Part shown: positions 33,609 to 45,204 of the stretch, piece after piece
How the letters are laid out: each line of letters begins with the position of its first letter
How positions within the stretch are numbered: position 1 is the first letter of the stretch
DNA from: Cyanidioschyzon merolae
Lineage: Eukaryota
Assembly: GCA_000091205.1 (NCBI GenBank)
Contig: AP006497.2
DNA length: 64,000 nucleotides
Strand: one strand, 5' to 3'
Notes under the pieces: model-generated
Seen by the model: the letters and a program-made list of their open reading frames with translations, nothing else
Told to the model about the DNA's origin: nothing
The model's database searches: none
Made by a program: the position numbers and the translations under genes

Positions 33609-35747
33609 TCACAGGGTCAGCGTCGTCCGCTCCGTATCCGTCTCGATCAAACCGTCGTCCTCAAATGCCGCCTGACCTAGCAGATTGGTCTCGGTCAAGT
33701 GATCCAGCTCGGGAATGTCGGCCATGCCGCGTGAAACCCGGATTCGGTGGAGCATGTCCACAATCTTCGGATGCAGATGTTTCAACGCAAGCTCACGTCG
33801 TGGATCGTCGCGCTCCCAGCTGCGAAAAAATGGACCAGGAACCCGCAGTATTCCATTCTCAATATCATCCAAACAGTAGTCAAGGGTGAATACCCGATAG
33901 AAGTACTCTCCAAAGAAGCGATTATCCCGAAGGCCGCTTCGCACTGGCGCCCCGTGGACCATTCTAACGTGGATGAACATCACATTGTAGAGAACGACCC
34001 AAAATCTGATTTTCGCGTGATCATCTGTTAGCGTTCGCGGATCCGCTGACTGCAACTGCGACGCCGCGAACAAATACTCCTCGCTCGGCAGCTTTCGATG
34101 CTGCATGCATTCGCGGCGAATACGTTGCAGCAGCGATTCAACCAGCTCAATGGCACTTGCCAGAATCGGGTTCCCGGTAAAGTCGGAAGCAAGGTTCAAG
34201 ACCCGTCGCGCAGGCTGTCGCCATTTCTCGTGTGCAGCAAAGAGCTCTTTCGCTCCGGCGTCCTGGAGTGCCTGGGGCTCGCGTGTTGCCCGGCGATGGG
34301 CATGGGTGCCGCGCGGCCACCACGAGTTTATCGCTCGGGTCACCCGGCGAAAGCCCTCGGCCGCGTGTCCTGCACTAGAGGCGGCATCGAAAGACAAAAA
34401 ATCTCGCTTTTCGAATGCATCGGGCCCCAGAAGCTTACTCGCATCTACACGGTGCAAATGACGAAAGTCGATGCCTTTGAAGAAAGGATGCAACTTGAGT
34501 GCACGCATCGTAATGCGTTGGGCTGGATCCTTGTTGAGAAGCTTCTCCACAAGGTCTCGACCCGAACTTGTCGGAAGACATGACTTGGGGAACGCAACGT
34601 CGTCTTTCAAGATACTTTGAAAGAGTAAGTAATCTGTTTCGCCACGGAACGGGAGCTCGCCGCCACACAGCATCTGGTATAGGACGACACCGAGCGCCCA
34701 GAGATCGCTCTCGAACCCGCCTCCTGGTCGTTCTCTTCGGAGCTGCTCTGGTGCTAGATAAGCGAAAGTACCAACAAAGGAATCGTAACGATGTTTGTCC
34801 TGCGGCCGCGGAGACCGCCCCGCCAGTTCGTCATCCGGTGTTTTGCCCAAAATGGCGGCAACGCCGAAGTCTGCAAGCTTACAGTGGCCCTTGTTCCCAA
34901 TGAGAATATTGTGTGGCTTCAAATCGCGATGGACGATGCCGTTTTTGTGAATCAAATCGACCGCGGACACAATCTCTGCAAAGTAGAAGCGCGCTGCATC
35001 AAGGCTCAAGGCGCCGACATGATTCCCACCGCTCGGAGCCGCCCCGTTCGGCTCACGCTTCTGGAATCTGTCTCGATGCGACGGATGCGGCGTTTCGCTT
35101 GAAGCGCGCCTACGAGCGAGCAGGCGCGCCAGGTCACCGTGTGGGCAAAGCTCTATAACCATATAGAGAAAGTTCTCATCCTCCAGAATAGCTTTCAGCT
35201 GCACGATGTTTGGATGGCCCAGTCCCACTTGTAAACAAATCTGCTCTGTTCGCAGGGGGAGCACCTGCTCATTCTGCTCTGCCAAAGCTTTCGAGATAAC
35301 TTTCACCGCATACTCCCTCCCGGTCGGAAGGTAAGTAGCTCGCAGCACCCGCGAGCATGCACCCTCTCCTATCAGTTCCGTCGCTTTGAAATCAGCGCGC
35401 GATGCACCCTGTAGCTCAAGAGGCGGAACGCCAGGCAGCAGGGCAATGAAATGACGGCGAGCATTGCGCTCGCCGTCGGTATGCCAGGAGTGGCTGTCCG
35501 CTACTGGGGGGCTTGTTTTGCTCGAGACTTCCGGGACCGGCGGCTGATGCGGTAGCATTTGGTCTGTCTCTTTCTCAGATTCGTCCCGAGAATCTTCGAA
35601 GCACACAACAGGCTCCGGTTTAGCGGATGTGTCCACAGGGAGACCGGCCGCGCAGCCACCCTTGATGCCTCGCTCGAGTTCGGCAAACCAACTTTCATCC
35701 ACTGCCCAGGAGGGCGTCCGGCGCTCCCGGCGCCACGTACTCATCAT
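33609..35747 (-). CDS. Ser/Thr protein kinase fused to C-terminal DUF547 domain
   Basis: True ATG at 35747 (MMSTW...). Kinase subdomains: GEGACSRVL..YAVKVISK, HPNIVQLKA, HRDLKPHNILI, KLADFG, GTFAYLAPE, DLWALGVVLYQML. C-terminal region IRFWVVLYNVMFIHVRMVHGAPVRSG...LDYCLDD matches the DUF547 core (FWINLYNALVMH...G.P). Confidence 0.75.
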   Translation of the reverse strand: MMSTWRRERRTPSWAVDESWFAELERGIKGGCAAGLPVDTSAKPEPVVCFEDSRDESEKETDQMLPHQPPVPEVSSKTSPPVADSHSWHTDGERNARRHFIALLPGVPPLELQGASRADFKATELIGEGACSRVLRATYLPTGREYAVKVISKALAEQNEQVLPLRTEQICLQVGLGHPNIVQLKAILEDENFLYMVIELCPHGDLARLLARRRASSETPHPSHRDRFQKREPNGAAPSGGNHVGALSLDAARFYFAEIVSAVDLIHKNGIVHRDLKPHNILIGNKGHCKLADFGVAAILGKTPDDELAGRSPRPQDKHRYDSFVGTFAYLAPEQLRRERPGGGFESDLWALGVVLYQMLCGGELPFRGETDYLLFQSILKDDVAFPKSCLPTSSGRDLVEKLLNKDPAQRITMRALKLHPFFKGIDFRHLHRVDASKLLGPDAFEKRDFLSFDAASSAGHAAEGFRRVTRAINSWWPRGTHAHRRATREPQALQDAGAKELFAAHEKWRQPARRVLNLASDFTGNPILASAIELVESLLQRIRRECMQHRKLPSEEYLFAASQLQSADPRTLTDDHAKIRFWVVLYNVMFIHVRMVHGAPVRSGLRDNRFFGEYFYRVFTLDYCLDDIENGILRVPGPFFRSWERDDPRRELALKHLHPKIVDMLHRIRVSRGMADIPELDHLTETNLLGQAAFEDDGLIETDTERTTLTL

Positions 35748-36952
35748 TTCGAGCTAGGCCGCTCTCACCACCGACGAAGAATCGAAAAGTTTCCCCGAAG
35801 CTGGAACTCTACAGAAAGCGTTGGCGCCCCGCGCGCTTCCCCAAAAGCTTGCGCCGAGCTCACCCCGCAGTTGCGTTCCAAGCAGCAACCTCCGGCACAA
35901 ACGAGGGCTCCCTGCTGACTTCCGACCCTCTGGGCGCGAGCCCCAATGGAGGCGACGCTCAATTCGAGTCCCTAAGTCCTTATTGTCACGCACGCGTGAT
36001 GCACCACAGAAATCGGCGGTATACTCCACCAACCAATCACGTATTCAACATTGGAGGAAAAATGCCACGCATACGCGGACGTCCCGCGCTGCATGCGTGC
36101 CGCGAGTGGCGCACGCACATTCGACTGAACGCACCCGATATCTAGCGGACACGTGTCCATATTGCTCGAATCGGCGATGTTGCCGACGGCACGTCGACGG
36201 GCATCGGTGAGCAGCAGGCACCAGCGCATGCTTGGGAATGTTCGCTGCGCTACACGCTGAGCCATCGGAAGCGAAGAGGTATATAGTGCGACAAAAGTGT
36301 GAAAGCAGCGTGTACCAATGGTTTGAAATACCTCTCCGGATTATAAAATGTACAGAACGCAGTTGATGCGTCAGGGCAAACATGCGTTGACTTTACAAAG
36401 TTGGTAGATTGTTGTGTGCTTTTACGCAGAGATATATAGTATGGTGACTTGGTAGCTCCGTGTTAAGGAGTGGATGTTCGTGTCCTCACAAGGCAGATAT
36501 TCAGTTTGATTTATGCACGTCCACACAACAGCAGCCGAGTGGGCGCAGAGCATGCAGCGGCGGCGGTAGCGGTTGTCAAAACTGCCGCACTCGATTTCTT
36601 GTCGAGCATCGTTTGGGATCGATAAGAGCGCCCAGATGCGGTCGCTTCTGGCGAATGGAGCTTTCGCGCTGCGTACGCACGCGGAAGCGATAGGTAACCT
36701 CGATTTAGGTGCTGGAACGGCCGGGAAAACTCAACAAACTCGGGGGCTCGGCGTACTTGCCAGCGTTTGACTTGTAAAGCCACCGAAAGAAAACCAGAAG
36801 GACCTACACGAAACGTTCTAACCGTGGCCTGTGCCAGTGCACAAGCTCGAGTCACTCGAGAACCTCTACATGCAGTGCATCGCGGCAAACGAGTTCGGAA
36901 GCTTTTTCAAGACATGAAGCACCTCAACTGGATTCGCTTGTGGTACGATCCC

Positions 36953-39122
36953 TGACACCGATTGATGGAGCACCGTGGTCGTTAGCCAGGTGCATGGGAA
37001 ATTCGGTCTCGATGGATCCAGGTATTACTGGATTCCCTCTGCATTCTCGGTATTTGCACCGTTCCACAGCCTTGCTCCACGCGTGGTCCGAATGTCCTCT
37101 CTGCTGCGCTGATTTTTTCATCGCAAGTCATCTGCGTATCGGAGCCATGCCACAGTGCGTCCGAAACGATGCCTGCGGACGCTCCTGGGGCACGACATCC
37201 TTCCGCATGTCGATCGAGCCGCTCAAGTCCAGGTTGAGCGTGTGTTTGCGCGCACGGTTGCTCCTGGGGCACTCCACAGGGAGCAGCTCGCATGCTAGTG
37301 CCTCGCATTCGGACGTTCAGGCATGTTTCCGCACTCCGTACCGTGCATTTGTCTCTATTTGACGCCCCTGTGCTCTGCTTGTTTCGGCGTACGGTTGTAT
37401 GCATGATGAGCGTAGATGCCGTTCAGGAGGCATCGACGAGCCTCGAAGAGAATCGATTCGTGAACGTGTGTGACGCTCTCGTCGACGGAGCAGGAGCGCA
37501 GCCTTTGCGCGTGAGCGCACGTCCAGCGTCGTGCGCTGCTACCAGACGACCCGAGATGTTAGTCGTGATCGTGGCGAACATGTTGAACGGGGTGGCGAGT
37601 GCGCGCTTCTTCCCGCCGACCAGCGGAAGCTGCTTGGGAGCCCCAGCTCAACCGCGTGGTCCCGTGTCCTCCTGCCGAAAATCCTTCTCATGAGCCGTGT
37701 GCATACTCGTGTATGTACTGGTGCACAGCACCCCTTGTATCTGTACCCGCTTTTCTGGGCCTCTGCGGCGGCGGTACATTGCGCAAAAGATGCACTCTAC
37801 AGGGACGCACAGACGGTTGTTGCGGAGAGTTTGGTACTCTTTGGCACTGGCGCTGTCGGTGTTCCTGTCGCTGAGCAGCATGGCAGTGCATCGAAGGATG
37901 CTGGAAAGCCCGTGTGTGTGTGTGTGTGTGTGCGTCGCTGGTCCGCCGATTAGGCCGCATTGCATCCGCGGTGCCGAACATCACGCTTCATGTCGCATGC
38001 GGGTTTGGTCGAGCAGGTCTAGGCCAGTGTGGACATCCGGCACACTTGCACCCGGAATGCCGTCGAACTGCTTGCTCGACGAGGCGCTTCCGTGCAAGGA
38101 CAGCGAAACGAGTATTTCTCGAGTGAAGCGTTACACGCTCATTCATGACGCTCTGTGTCGTTGCGCGTGTCGGATACGAACGACTCGCCTACTGATGCGT
38201 GATCCTCGAAGCGGTGTAGAAGCATTAGGAAGGCGGATTTGGCCCGATGGAACCAGGGAGCATCGGCTAGCACGTGGCGCACCTGAACGCCTATGCCAGC
38301 TGCGTACGCCTTGACCACGTATCAGAGATGGAAAGCGACGCTGCCCCTGAACAGGACAGACGCGTACGGGAAGCAGAAGCCAGGAAGCGTGCATCGACGA
38401 AGAGTGCGCTGTTGAGCGATCCAGTCTGGTTGGTGATTCACAGGAGACCGCATCCTTGGATGGTCGTTCGCGTTGATGTCGACGGCATGCTCGTTTGACT
38501 GTTCTGAGCAGACCGAGGCTTGCCCCTGTTTGCGTATCCATTGTGGAAGTCGACCAAGTCTTCTTGCGTGGAGCCTCGTCGAGCGAGACGATCTCTGGCC
38601 CCTGCCACGCTCCGCCCTCGCGTTCCAGCATGACGCCGATGGTGTGGTATGCATCGTGCGTCTGTCTCCCCGAGAAGCGTCCTTTCTTTCTTTCGTGCTT
38701 CGTCCATGGTGTCTCTTCGTCACTGTTCGTATCAACGGCACGCGGAATTCGGAAGCTCCGGCTTCTCTGAAAGTACTTCCTGCACAACGCGTAGAATGGG
38801 ATGGATTGACGAGTACTGGGTTGCATAGGCAGCGTTTTCATCAATTTTGTTTACGGGTTATGACATTCAGAGCAGGGACTTGCACGGTATTTGGTCCAGT
38901 GGCTATCGCAGATTGACTGCATTGGACAAGCACCGCCGTTCTTTTTCGCGAGCTTGCACTCGCAGCATCACGGCATTCCGTAACCTTTCTCCAGAGCGCA
39001 GGATACAATCCTCTGTATTGAATCGCTGTGCGAGAAACAAAAACAATACGGGTGTGCTGGCGCAGCTTCTCCAGAATTCACTGGTCTGAGCGTAACGCCC
39101 GAAAGGTGTTGGAAGCAGCGAG
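36953..39122 (+). repeat. dispersed repeat family B, copy 1 (~2.2 kb) containing a (GT)n microsatellite
   Basis: About 97-98% identical to 50771..52940 (same orientation, offset 13,818 bp). (GT)10 at 37912-37932. Internal ORFs (e.g. 38143..38844 minus, 37697..38314 plus) have no RT, integrase or transposase motifs. No TIR found. Confidence 0.85.
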
Positions 39123-39474
39123 TCGCGTCTCGTCTCGACACTATTCCTTCCCAGCACCTGGATCGCATCGGAAACCGATCACGCAACGCGTTCGCCATCG
39201 TACCAGCAACGAGACGCCCTAGAGGCACGCGCACCATCAACGCATCACGATGATCAGCGTACGTACATCGAAAGCGCCTCTGCCCCGCCATTGTCCCTGT
39301 CTCCCAGCAGGTGTGGCGCTGCCGTCTGGCCGCATCGCTGGCGCGCAAAGCGCTGCATTCGCCAGCGCTGGGACACGCTGCCGATCCCGCCATCTTGGCA
39401 TTTCGAATCCGTGAGCGCTGGGGGCCGCGCGTTCCCGGGTGCTCTCGTTCCGGTTCCGTAGTCGCTTACGGGAT

Positions 39475-40881
39475 ATGCCTGTGGGCAGCGGGGTAGAACC
39501 CCAGGCGGCTGCGTTTGAAAGTCTGCAGCCGCCCTGGCTGGGCTCGAAACCTCCACATACACAATCTACGCGAGATGACTTAGAAGCTGTTATGACAGAA
39601 CAGAAACTGGAGTTGGAGAGCGCCCAGAGACAACGTTTAGCTCGTTTGGAGGAGCGAGCGCGAAACCAGGATAAGGTTATCGCTCGGTTACAGAGAGAGC
39701 TCTATGAAGCTCGAAGGCTTATTGAGGAAAGAAAAACCAGTCCAACACTGGTGGACGCAATCCGGGTACCCGCAGGTGTTCAAACGACAACGTCCAGCGC
39801 CGGCAAACAACACGACGTCGCATCGCTCGCGCTGCAACTTGAGGCGGCCAAAGAGGCACTCGCAGCTGAGCAGAGAAATAGGCAGGAAACTGAGAGGCTC
39901 AGTGAACGATTGGCGAAATCTTTTGACTCGTATCTGCAGGAGATGGAGCGACGTCAGCGCGCTCAGGAGCAGGAATACCGTCGCCAGGAGATGCACCTTC
40001 GAGGAGAGCTTCGGCGTTGCAACATGGCAAAGGCGCACCTGGAGGAGCAGCTCGAGCTGGAAAAAGAGTCACTCCGTGCGGCCCAGCAGGAACTCCGTGG
40101 GCTGCGCTCCAGGGTGGAAGGCACCATAGAGGACATGAAGGCTCGCCAGCTGCAACTGGAAGAGGGAAAGCGGGAGCTCGAGCGAAATCTGAATAAACTC
40201 TCCGATCAGCTTGAGAAAGAGCGCACTCTCTTTCAAAGCGAGCGCGAACGTTTTCAACAGGCGTCCCGTGAGGCGTACACGATGCTGAGCGAATCCGCCG
40301 CCCGGAGTGATGAACTCGAAAAACGACTCGCTGAGACTCAAGCGCAAATGCAACAGCTTCGAATCGAATTCGGCAGTCAGTTGCAGGCTGAGGTAGCACG
40401 CTCTGCTGCACTTGAGCGCGACCTTGACAGATATCGCCAGCGAAATCGACAGTTCGAAGACCGTATTGACGAGCTACTTACCGTGAATCAGAAACAGGCG
40501 GAGGAACGCGCCTCCCTTCGGGCGGAAATACGACGACTGACCGACGAACTGGTACGTGTTCAAGCACGCAGCACATTCGCTGAACGACGCCTTCAAGATC
40601 TGCTTCTGGATGCATCAAGCCCGCAAACGGAGGCAAACCTGCTCCCGGGAGATACAGGTGACGTCCCGACGCCATTGTCGGGCAGCATCATGAAAAAAAC
40701 GTCTCCCTCAAGCGTCCACAAGCTTCAGAACATCGAATCGTCCCTTCGTGGCATTTCCGAAGAAAATGCAGCGTTCCGAGCCAAGGTTCGCGCCTATCTG
40801 GACAAGCGAACTCCCGAGCCGCGCAGTCGTTCACTCGCTGATGATACGCATACAAGATCTCAGAAGGGAACGCCTCCATAG
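39475..40881 (+). CDS. coiled-coil protein (E/R/Q/L-rich), function unknown
   Basis: Track ORF begins with GTG at 39439; first ATG is at 39475. About 350 aa of heptad-like charged sequence (…LEEQLELEKESLRAAQQELRGLRSRVEG…). Confidence 0.45.
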   Translation: MPVGSGVEPQAAAFESLQPPWLGSKPPHTQSTRDDLEAVMTEQKLELESAQRQRLARLEERARNQDKVIARLQRELYEARRLIEERKTSPTLVDAIRVPAGVQTTTSSAGKQHDVASLALQLEAAKEALAAEQRNRQETERLSERLAKSFDSYLQEMERRQRAQEQEYRRQEMHLRGELRRCNMAKAHLEEQLELEKESLRAAQQELRGLRSRVEGTIEDMKARQLQLEEGKRELERNLNKLSDQLEKERTLFQSERERFQQASREAYTMLSESAARSDELEKRLAETQAQMQQLRIEFGSQLQAEVARSAALERDLDRYRQRNRQFEDRIDELLTVNQKQAEERASLRAEIRRLTDELVRVQARSTFAERRLQDLLLDASSPQTEANLLPGDTGDVPTPLSGSIMKKTSPSSVHKLQNIESSLRGISEENAAFRAKVRAYLDKRTPEPRSRSLADDTHTRSQKGTPP

Positions 40882-41272
40882 GGTTTTCACGTGCATCGAC
40901 AGACACAAGTAGGTGCAGTTTCCGCGCTAAGCGGCTTCATCGCATTGGATCTTTCGAGGTAGGCGCGTGAGCGCTTCGAATTCCGTCGGACTTGCTTTAC
41001 GAATCGAAGTGGATCCGTATGGCAAGCGCCCATGCATGCCTCTCTGGGTCAAGAAGAAGCTGCCATGCGCTGCATGCTCTTGCAGCCAATATTCCATGAC
41101 GCTGCTTTATGGGCAAGAATTTTCCGCCGCTTACACGATCCAACGCCAATGCCAGCATCAACAACGGCTTGTCCGTAAGTTTACAACAGTGTCTGGACTA
41201 TGCTTACATGGTGACAACGACGGGAACCGTCGTCGTCGCGCCGCAACGCTGCACCTGACTCGCGTGCCCTAC

Positions 41273-41297
41273 AGAGACAGAGAGAGAGAGAGAGACA
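41273..41297. repeat. (GA)n microsatellite
   Basis: agagacagagagagagagagagaca read directly. Confidence 0.85.
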
Positions 41298-41481
41298 GCG
41301 CGCTTTTCGCTCCTCACCACCAGGTCAATAACGTGCATGCCTATCGCACGCGTGCAGGCCTGGTGATCGCAGGTGCAGCACCGACAAGCCAGCTTCCTAT
41401 CGCGTGTGCTGGCCATCCGCGAGGTGCTATTCCCGATTAAACAGCACCCGATCTCAATAAAGTCTGAGTACCCATTCCACG

Positions 41482-44235
41482 TCACGTCTCTGGAGATGTG
41501 TCCGGCAGGAGCGCAGATGCCCGCAGGCGCCACACAGCTCTGTTGCCATCACCGGATTCGCTCAGATAGGCGACAAGCTTGAGCACTGCTCGGAACTCGG
41601 CAGCGTTGATGCCGCGTACGCGCAAGGAGGACTTAAAGGCGCCCGCAAGCTCCGCAGTCGTCGCCCCGGGCCCGCGTCGCTGTAAATACGACGTAATCTC
41701 GTGCACAAGAGACTGCAGCTTTCGAACCTGCTCCTCATCGTCATCGACCGCTTCGCGTTCGTGCAGACACTGAAGCAGTGCCTGTGACGCAAGTTTCGAT
41801 GAAGGTGCTCGGTTCGCTGTCGCTGTCGAGCAGAGCCACGGCGCCTGTGTCGTTGGTTCAGGTAGCGGGGTTGTCGGCGTCTGGTGGTTCAGTGAACGAC
41901 GCAGTGCCGCCAGCGCTCGTTGGGCGACTCGATCGGCCTCGGCCTGGAGCACCTGTCGATCGAATGCGGTCCGGGGATGCTTTCCTGATACCTCCAGCGT
42001 GGAGTCGTGGTTGAAGACTGCCGCCACTTGATCAAGCGCACGGGCATCGTTGCCGTCCAGTAACTGTCGCATGATCCGCATCTCCGCTGTTAGCTGTTCA
42101 TTCTGCTTGGCATCTAGCTTACAATGATTATCGGCATCAGCATCATCACCAGCTGCTGCTGCGACGCTCACCGGAGCGAGCGACTCCCGTGCAGTCGCCT
42201 GAACCTGAACAAAATCCTCGTCTGTAGCGTCTTCATGCAGCGTCAGAAGCTCGTGTATATCTTTTCGTTTGAAAAATCGGCGCTTGCGAGGATCATGCAA
42301 AACCTTTTCAGAGAGAAACGTTTTGAAGATCTGGCGGTGGTATATCTTCTCCTCGATGGTGCCGCGCGTCAACAGGCGATAGACGACAACTGGGCGCTCC
42401 TGGCCGATGCGCCAGGCCCGTTCGCGGGCCTGGGTATCGGACGCCGGGTTCCAGTCGGGATCGTAGATAATCACGCGATCTGCTCCGATTAGGTTGAGAC
42501 CGAGCCCACCCACGCGAGTGGTCAACAGGAAGGCGAAAATCGAGCTATCGTGATTGAAGCGGTCTACCAACTCGGCTCGAAGTGCAACATTCGTCTCACC
42601 GTCCATGCGCAAGTACGTGAACTGCCCCTTGTTCAGCGTTTTCTCGAGCAGAGTGAGCATGCTACGCGTCTGCGAAAAGATCAGCGCTCGATGATTCGTC
42701 TCGCGGAGCTGGTGCAGCAGGCGATCCAAAGCGAGGAGCTTACCCGAAGTACTCTGGCGCAGGAGCTTCCTCTCTGAGCCGGATACATGGAGATCAGCAG
42801 CCGCGAGCCGCGGATGGTTACAAATCTTGCGCAGGGTCGTGATGATTGGCAGTAAGTTCAGCTGTCCATCTGCGGCTCGTTCGACGTCAATGGCATTAAG
42901 GTAGTTCTGGTAGATCCGTCGCTGCTCGGGTGTCAGTCTGCAGAGGAGAACATGTTCCTGTTTTTGTGGTAACTGGAGTGCAACGTCCCTTTTCAAGCGT
43001 CGCAAAAGATAGGGCGCAATCAGATCTCGCAGTGTCGATGCACAGCGATACGCGATGTGAACCTGGGCGGGCGTTGCGTTCGCGAAACCGCCTAGAGATA
43101 TGGGTATGCTGAACTCCTCCTCAAAGGACTGCAATGTTCCGAGCCTGCCAGGGTAAATAAAATCAAAGAGACTCCAGAGCTCACAAAGACGGTTTTGCAA
43201 GGGTGCACCGGTCATCAGAATGCGATGTACCGTGTTGAGTTGTTTGCATACTCGTGTGACCTCTGCTTCGGGATTCCGAATGCGATGGCCCTCATCCAGA
43301 ATTACATAGTCCCAACGTCGGCTGGTAAACCAACTCGCATGAATGCGAAGGTGTTCGTAATTCGTAATGAATATAACTTGCGATGGACACTGATTCGGCT
43401 GGAGCGCGGACTCCCCGATACCCAGCACGGCGTGCAGGACGCGCACTTGCAGTCGAGGCCACCAGGTTTCCAATTCTCGTCGCCACTGGTCCAGAACAGT
43501 GACAGGTGCCACCACTAGAATCGGGCCTTTCAAGAGTCCCGAGTAGTCGAGCGCTGCGAGAAAAGCGATGATCTGAACAGTCTTTCCTAACCCCATTTCA
43601 TCGCCCAGAATCCCACCGGTACCCTGTACATGAAGCGACCAGAGCCAAACAAGCCCCTCCTTTTGGTACGGAAACAAACGCTCATACAGAGACCGCGGAA
43701 GCCAAAGTCCAGGTGCAAGTTCCATAGCTGCCTCAGTTCCTACGGCATGACCTGCTTCGAGCGTACGCGCAAGCTGCTGCGAAGCTAGTGCGTCCGGCGA
43801 GCCCGTTGGTGTAAACGAAACTTCTCCGTTGCGATAACCGTCGGTGCTCGCAAGATCTCCGAGTTCATGAACTTGTTCAGCTTCAAGCTCAACCAGCTCG
43901 CTTCTAAGTTGTTCCAAGCGGTTGTGCAGGTAGTGGAGTCGTCGCCGCGCCCGGCCGCTAGCCGCAACGCTGCCCGCGTCACAGGCGTCGTCGCTGCGCT
44001 GAGCCCGCTGCGACGACGTGCCCGCTCCGTGCTCGCTTCCGAGCACCTGCTGGAGTAGCTCATTCGTTTCTTGCTCTAGCACAAGGATTTGCTGTCGTGT
44101 TTGCTCGATGAGATCGCGATGTGCTTTCTGCACAATGTCAACAACGAGTTTTCCCTCGTCCACCACCTGCACTGCAGGATCAGTGACCAGTGCATCGCTC
44201 CTCGCGACGTACGACGTTGAATTCGGGGCAGACAT
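41482..44235 (-). CDS. SNF2-family DNA-dependent ATPase, ERCC6/CSB-like
   Basis: True ATG at 44235. Helicase motifs LFPYQKEGLVWLWSLHVQGTGGILGDEMGLGKTVQIIAFLAAL (motif I), DYVILDEGHRIRNPEAE (DEGH box), LMTGAPLQNRLCELWSLFDFIYPGRLG, IFSQTRSMLTLLE..., LLTTRVGGLGLNLIGADRVIIYDPDWNPASDTQARERAWRIGQ (motifs V-VI). Confidence 0.8.
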   Translation of the reverse strand: MSAPNSTSYVARSDALVTDPAVQVVDEGKLVVDIVQKAHRDLIEQTRQQILVLEQETNELLQQVLGSEHGAGTSSQRAQRSDDACDAGSVAASGRARRRLHYLHNRLEQLRSELVELEAEQVHELGDLASTDGYRNGEVSFTPTGSPDALASQQLARTLEAGHAVGTEAAMELAPGLWLPRSLYERLFPYQKEGLVWLWSLHVQGTGGILGDEMGLGKTVQIIAFLAALDYSGLLKGPILVVAPVTVLDQWRRELETWWPRLQVRVLHAVLGIGESALQPNQCPSQVIFITNYEHLRIHASWFTSRRWDYVILDEGHRIRNPEAEVTRVCKQLNTVHRILMTGAPLQNRLCELWSLFDFIYPGRLGTLQSFEEEFSIPISLGGFANATPAQVHIAYRCASTLRDLIAPYLLRRLKRDVALQLPQKQEHVLLCRLTPEQRRIYQNYLNAIDVERAADGQLNLLPIITTLRKICNHPRLAAADLHVSGSERKLLRQSTSGKLLALDRLLHQLRETNHRALIFSQTRSMLTLLEKTLNKGQFTYLRMDGETNVALRAELVDRFNHDSSIFAFLLTTRVGGLGLNLIGADRVIIYDPDWNPASDTQARERAWRIGQERPVVVYRLLTRGTIEEKIYHRQIFKTFLSEKVLHDPRKRRFFKRKDIHELLTLHEDATDEDFVQVQATARESLAPVSVAAAAGDDADADNHCKLDAKQNEQLTAEMRIMRQLLDGNDARALDQVAAVFNHDSTLEVSGKHPRTAFDRQVLQAEADRVAQRALAALRRSLNHQTPTTPLPEPTTQAPWLCSTATANRAPSSKLASQALLQCLHEREAVDDDEEQVRKLQSLVHEITSYLQRRGPGATTAELAGAFKSSLRVRGINAAEFRAVLKLVAYLSESGDGNRAVWRLRASALLPDTSPET

Positions 44236-45204
44236 TGTTCGTGAAACGTACGACCAAATGCGTTCACAACCATAAGTCCACTTCTAATGCATAGTTCTCG
44301 GGGAAGACTCTTTTTTTACGTTCTTGTTTCGTACCGCACACCAGCGCCCTGTTCACGATCGAGCGTCGAGGGCGCGCGTCGCAACTGGAGAACGGCACCG
44401 ATTCGCGTACCGCATGGGGGTATCTGACGCGTCCACAGCGCTGTGGTATGGAGAGTTTGCATGTTCGTGATGTGCATCGCTTCGGATCGGTCATGAACTG
44501 TGGAAGAGTTATGAATTGGTTCAGCGGAATAGATTACCATTTGGATTTGATTAAAAAAAGCGGTGAAACCTGCGCACGCTTCACGGATTGGAACGGGGAA
44601 ACGAGCGAGAAATACGTGCTGCAGCGGGAGCGCGCTCTCCGCGACAGCCTCTGCTGGACGACGTCGATGGTTGCTTCAGAGCTTGCTGCGAACAGCTGGG
44701 AGTACTTTCAATCATTGTCTGGTGATTTTGGTTCGTCATTCACGGTAGGGTCTTGTTGGACGGCGCAAACTTGGACCCGCAATGCCACGGATGAGCCGCG
44801 GGAGTGTCGACCGCGTATCCAGGTGCCGGTGAGGGTATACCCAATGGAATGCTGCAGCTCGAGCTGTCATGATTGCCCCGCATACACTATCAAGATAAGA
44901 TCCGCCTCAGCGCGGTGACTTTGGAGCTGTATGTCTCGCTATACCCGTGTCAAATGAAAACGGGATACTGGATCGATCGCTCTGGTCCTTACCTGAGCGT
45001 TGCCCAACTTTTTCAGGCGTTTAGCCCTGAAATTCGAAATGCGATCAAAAAATTCCTATTCATTTATACCATGTCGTATGATTCTCGGTCGTCTTTTAGA
45101 CATGTCAAGTGCGACGCGGTGCCACTGGGTTTCATCGCTTCTGCTTCCTAACAAAGATTCGCAACGACGATGAGCACGGGTTCGTAAATTGCCGACGTCA
45201 TTCT

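Noticed and set aside
37697-38844. Long ORFs inside repeat B (205 aa plus strand, 233 aa minus strand) as transposon proteins
   Set aside because: No catalytic motifs (DDE, RT YxDD, HUH, zinc-finger) recognisable. Both are R/S/P-rich and overlap antisense. Their presence in both copies only reflects DNA identity.
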